From an uncultured Actinomycetota bacterium (lineage in GTDB: Bacteria > Actinomycetota > Actinomycetes > JAFAQI01), in the NCBI GenBank assembly GCA_963835405.1, contig CAWIFV010000013.1:78271-142270 (forward strand): a DNA stretch of 64,000 nucleotides. Direction: 5' to 3'. This document shows positions 61,824 through 64,000 of the stretch, piece after piece. The translations under genes and the position numbers were made by a program. Numbering within the stretch: position 1 is the stretch's first letter; every line of letters starts with the position of its first letter. Under the pieces are notes generated by a model, which saw only the letters and a list, made by a program, of their open reading frames with translations, was not told the DNA's origin and did no database searches.

Positions 61824-63089
61824 TCAGGCGGCGGGTGCGACCCGGTTGAGGGCGGTGATGAGGCGGTCCATGGCGTCGCCGTCGCGGGGGTCGCTGAGGT
61901 TGGCGAGAAGCTTGAGGCAGAAGCGCATGAGCGTGGGGTGCGGCAGTCCGTGCCGGGTGCAGAGCTTCATGACCGAGGGGTGGCCGATGGCCCGCACGAA
62001 GAGCCGGCCCACCGTGAAGTAGCCGCCGTACTCGTCGGACAGCGCCCGCGGATAACCCGCCAGCACGAGCTCCCTCCGGGCTCCCTCCGGCGTGGCCAGC
62101 GCCTGGACCACCACCTCCGCGGCGAGCCGCCCCGACTCCATGGCGTAGGCGATGCCCTCGCCGTTCATCGGGTTGACCATGCCGCCCGCGTCGCCGACGA
62201 GTAGCGCGCCGTTCGCGTAGTGCGGCTTTCGGTTGAAGCCCATCGGCAGCGCGGCGCCGCGGATGGGCCCGGTGGCGTTCTCCTCGACGAAACCCCACTC
62301 CTCGGGCACGTTCGCGAGCCAGCGACCGAGCATCGCGCGGTAGTCGGTCTTGCCGAAGGCGTCACTGGTGTTGAGGATGCCGAGCCCGACGTTGCTGGTG
62401 CCGTCGCCGACGCCGAACACCCAGCCGTAGCCCGGGAGCAGGCGCCCCTCGCCGGGCGTGCCGTCCCACAGCTCGAGCCACGACTCGAGCCAGTCGTCGT
62501 CGTGCCGCGGGGAGCGGAAGTAGCGGCGGTAGGCGACGCCCATGGGCCGGTCCTCGCGGCGGGTCAGTCCCAGCGCCAGCGAGAACCGCGACGAGTTGCC
62601 GTCGGCGACCAGCACCAGCGGCGCGTGCCAGGTGGTCTCCGCACCCGTCTCCTTGGCGACCGCCGTCACCCCGACGACCCGTCCGGTGCGCTCGTCGAGG
62701 ACGGGTCCGGTCACCGTCGTCTGCTCGTAGAGCCGGGCCCCCGCCTTCTGCGCGGTGCGGGCCAGCAGCTCGTCGAAGTCCTGGCGCGGGCGCACCAGCC
62801 CGTACGACGGGAAGCTGGACAGCTCCGGCCACGGCATCTCCAGCCGCATGCCACCGCCGATGATGCGTAGCCCGTGGTTGCGGATCCAGCCTGCCTCGGC
62901 GCTGGTGTCGATGCCCATGGCGACGAGCTGTTTCACCGCGCGGGGGGTGAGGCCGTCGCCGCAGACCTTCTCCCGGGGGAACTGCGACTTCTCCAGGACG
63001 GCGACGTCGAGCCCGGCCTGCGCCAGGTGGTAGGCCGCGGTGGAGCCGCCGGGACCCGCGCCGACCACGATCACCTGCGCGCTGGTCAT
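61824..63089 (-). CDS. Geranylgeranyl reductase family FAD-dependent oxidoreductase (menaquinone side-chain reductase MenJ-like)
   Basis: Internal start MTSAQVIVVGAGPGGSTAAYHLAQAGLDVAVLEKSQFPREKVCGDGLT (FAD Rossmann fold). 422 codons. The upstream part of the ORF is junk. Confidence 0.8.
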   Translation of the reverse strand: MTSAQVIVVGAGPGGSTAAYHLAQAGLDVAVLEKSQFPREKVCGDGLTPRAVKQLVAMGIDTSAEAGWIRNHGLRIIGGGMRLEMPWPELSSFPSYGLVRPRQDFDELLARTAQKAGARLYEQTTVTGPVLDERTGRVVGVTAVAKETGAETTWHAPLVLVADGNSSRFSLALGLTRREDRPMGVAYRRYFRSPRHDDDWLESWLELWDGTPGEGRLLPGYGWVFGVGDGTSNVGLGILNTSDAFGKTDYRAMLGRWLANVPEEWGFVEENATGPIRGAALPMGFNRKPHYANGALLVGDAGGMVNPMNGEGIAYAMESGRLAAEVVVQALATPEGARRELVLAGYPRALSDEYGGYFTVGRLFVRAIGHPSVMKLCTRHGLPHPTLMRFCLKLLANLSDPRDGDAMDRLITALNRVAPAA

Positions 63090-63172
63090 CGGGCCCGTCC
63101 CCTGCCGGAAGGAGAGATTGTGAATGCCTTCACAAGACCGGCCCAGTCTAGGCCGGGCGGGGCGTCCGGTGC

Positions 63173-63964
63173 TCAGCCGGGGTCTGCCCCCGGTCGAACT
63201 GCCCCCGGCCGAACTGCCCCCGGTCGAACTGCCCCCGGTCGAACTGCCCCCGGTCGAACTGCCCCCGGTCGAACTGCAGAGTGCACGGCCACCGCTCCGA
63301 ACAGCAGGTCGCGCCAGGTCACCTGCTCCCAGCCGGCCGACCGCAGCGCCGCGGCCAGCTCGGGCTGGGAGAGCCAGGCCCCGGCGGACTCGGCGAGGTA
63401 GGCATAGGCCGCGGGGTCGGAGGCGAGCACCCGGGCGAAGCGCGGCATCACCGTCGAGGTGTAGAAGCCGTTGGCCGCGCGGAGCAGCCGCGACGGCGGT
63501 GTCGAGGTCTCGAGCACGACGAGCCGGCCCCCGGGGCGGGTGACGCGGGCCAGCTCGGTGAGGGCCGCCCCGACGTCGGCGACGTTGCGCAGGCCGAAGG
63601 AGACGGTGACGACGTCGAAGGCGGCGGCGGCGAACGGGAGCCGGAGCGCATCGCCGGCCACGAACGTCAGCTCGGGATGGCGCCGGTGCCCCTCCGCCAG
63701 CATCCCCGGGGAGAAGTCGCAGGCGACCGTGCGCGCGCCCGCCGCGGCGAACGGCAGCGACGACGTGCCGGTGCCGGCGGCGAGGTCCAGCACCAGATCC
63801 GTGGGCCGGGCCGCCACCGACCGAGCCACGATCCGGCGCCACCGGCGCTCCTGGCCGAAGGTCATGACGGCGTTCATCGCGTCGTACCGAGGGGCGACCG
63901 CGTCGAACATCCGGGCGACGTCGCCCGGTCGCTTCTCCAGCGTGGCGCGGGCCATGGGCGTCAT
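63173..63964 (-). CDS. menG: Demethylmenaquinone methyltransferase MenG/UbiE with a C-terminal (AVRPG)n repeat extension
   Basis: ORF track. SAM motif LDLAAGTGTSS. C-terminus ...AVHSAVRPGAVRPGAVRPGAVRPGAVRPGAVRPGADPG. Confidence 0.85.
   Translation of the reverse strand: MTPMARATLEKRPGDVARMFDAVAPRYDAMNAVMTFGQERRWRRIVARSVAARPTDLVLDLAAGTGTSSLPFAAAGARTVACDFSPGMLAEGHRRHPELTFVAGDALRLPFAAAAFDVVTVSFGLRNVADVGAALTELARVTRPGGRLVVLETSTPPSRLLRAANGFYTSTVMPRFARVLASDPAAYAYLAESAGAWLSQPELAAALRSAGWEQVTWRDLLFGAVAVHSAVRPGAVRPGAVRPGAVRPGAVRPGAVRPGADPG
63181..63278. repeat. Tandem 15-bp direct repeat (gaactgcccccggtc), about 6.5 copies, within the 3' end of menG
   Basis: 63196-63270 carries five perfect or near-perfect head-to-tail units plus degenerate flanking copies. 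Units are in frame, encoding AVRPG. Confidence 0.85.
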
Positions 63965-64000
63965 CCTGCCGTGCCGGCGTCGCGGTCGGCGTCGGTCGCG

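Noticed and set aside
63181-63278. Regularly spaced 15-bp repeats. Checked as a possible CRISPR array.
   Set aside because: There are no spacers. Units are directly abutting and in frame inside menG. It is a coding minisatellite, not CRISPR. No CRISPR arrays were seen anywhere in the window.

Overview
This is a roughly 64 kb piece of a high-GC (about 72%) actinobacterial chromosome; gene order resembles Corynebacteriales and Pseudonocardiales. Almost everything is on the minus strand.

Order along the window:
(1) 1-9324: a complete mce lipid-uptake operon, yrbEA-yrbEB-mceA-F plus an Mkl-like ATPase; mceF runs off the window start.
(2) 9.5-14.6 kb: the conserved rplL-rplJ-(lipoprotein)-rplA-rplK-nusG-secE-tRNA-Trp block.
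(3) 14.7-24.3 kb: an aminotransferase, a patatin, a tetR-MFS efflux pair with two palindromic operators, a HadA/HadB-like MaoC pair, an adenylate cyclase, rpmG with tRNA-Met/Thr/Tyr, yajQ and corA.
(4) 24.3-33.3 kb: a reduced complex-I-like operon nuoA2-B2-C2-H2-I2-J2-K2-L2-M2-N2. It lacks nuoD/E/F/G and is divergently paired with korAB (2-oxoglutarate:ferredoxin oxidoreductase) at 33.4-36.4 kb.
(5) 36.4-43.5 kb: a small accessory stretch holding an NTP-transferase/NUDIX pair, an AtuA-like plus acyl-CoA dehydrogenase pair, an MFS transporter and an RTX-like secreted Ca-binding repeat protein.
(6) 43.6-61.8 kb: the canonical 14-gene nuoA-N operon, flanked by menaquinone genes (polyprenyl synthase downstream; geranylgeranyl reductase and menG upstream). 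An IS110-family element sits between nuoB and nuoC.

Conserved genes carry many frameshifts, concentrated at 43.6-56.4 kb. They occur in short G/C runs and are often compensating, so assembly indel error is more likely than gene decay, but only raw reads can decide this.

Other points: a 15-bp tandem repeat adds (AVRPG)n to the MenG C-terminus; L10 carries a long acidic tail; the Mce ATPase carries a Lys/Ala-rich tail.

Coordinates of tRNAs, palindromes and GTG/ATG starts were hand-counted from the sequence lines. ORF-track coordinates are used wherever possible.
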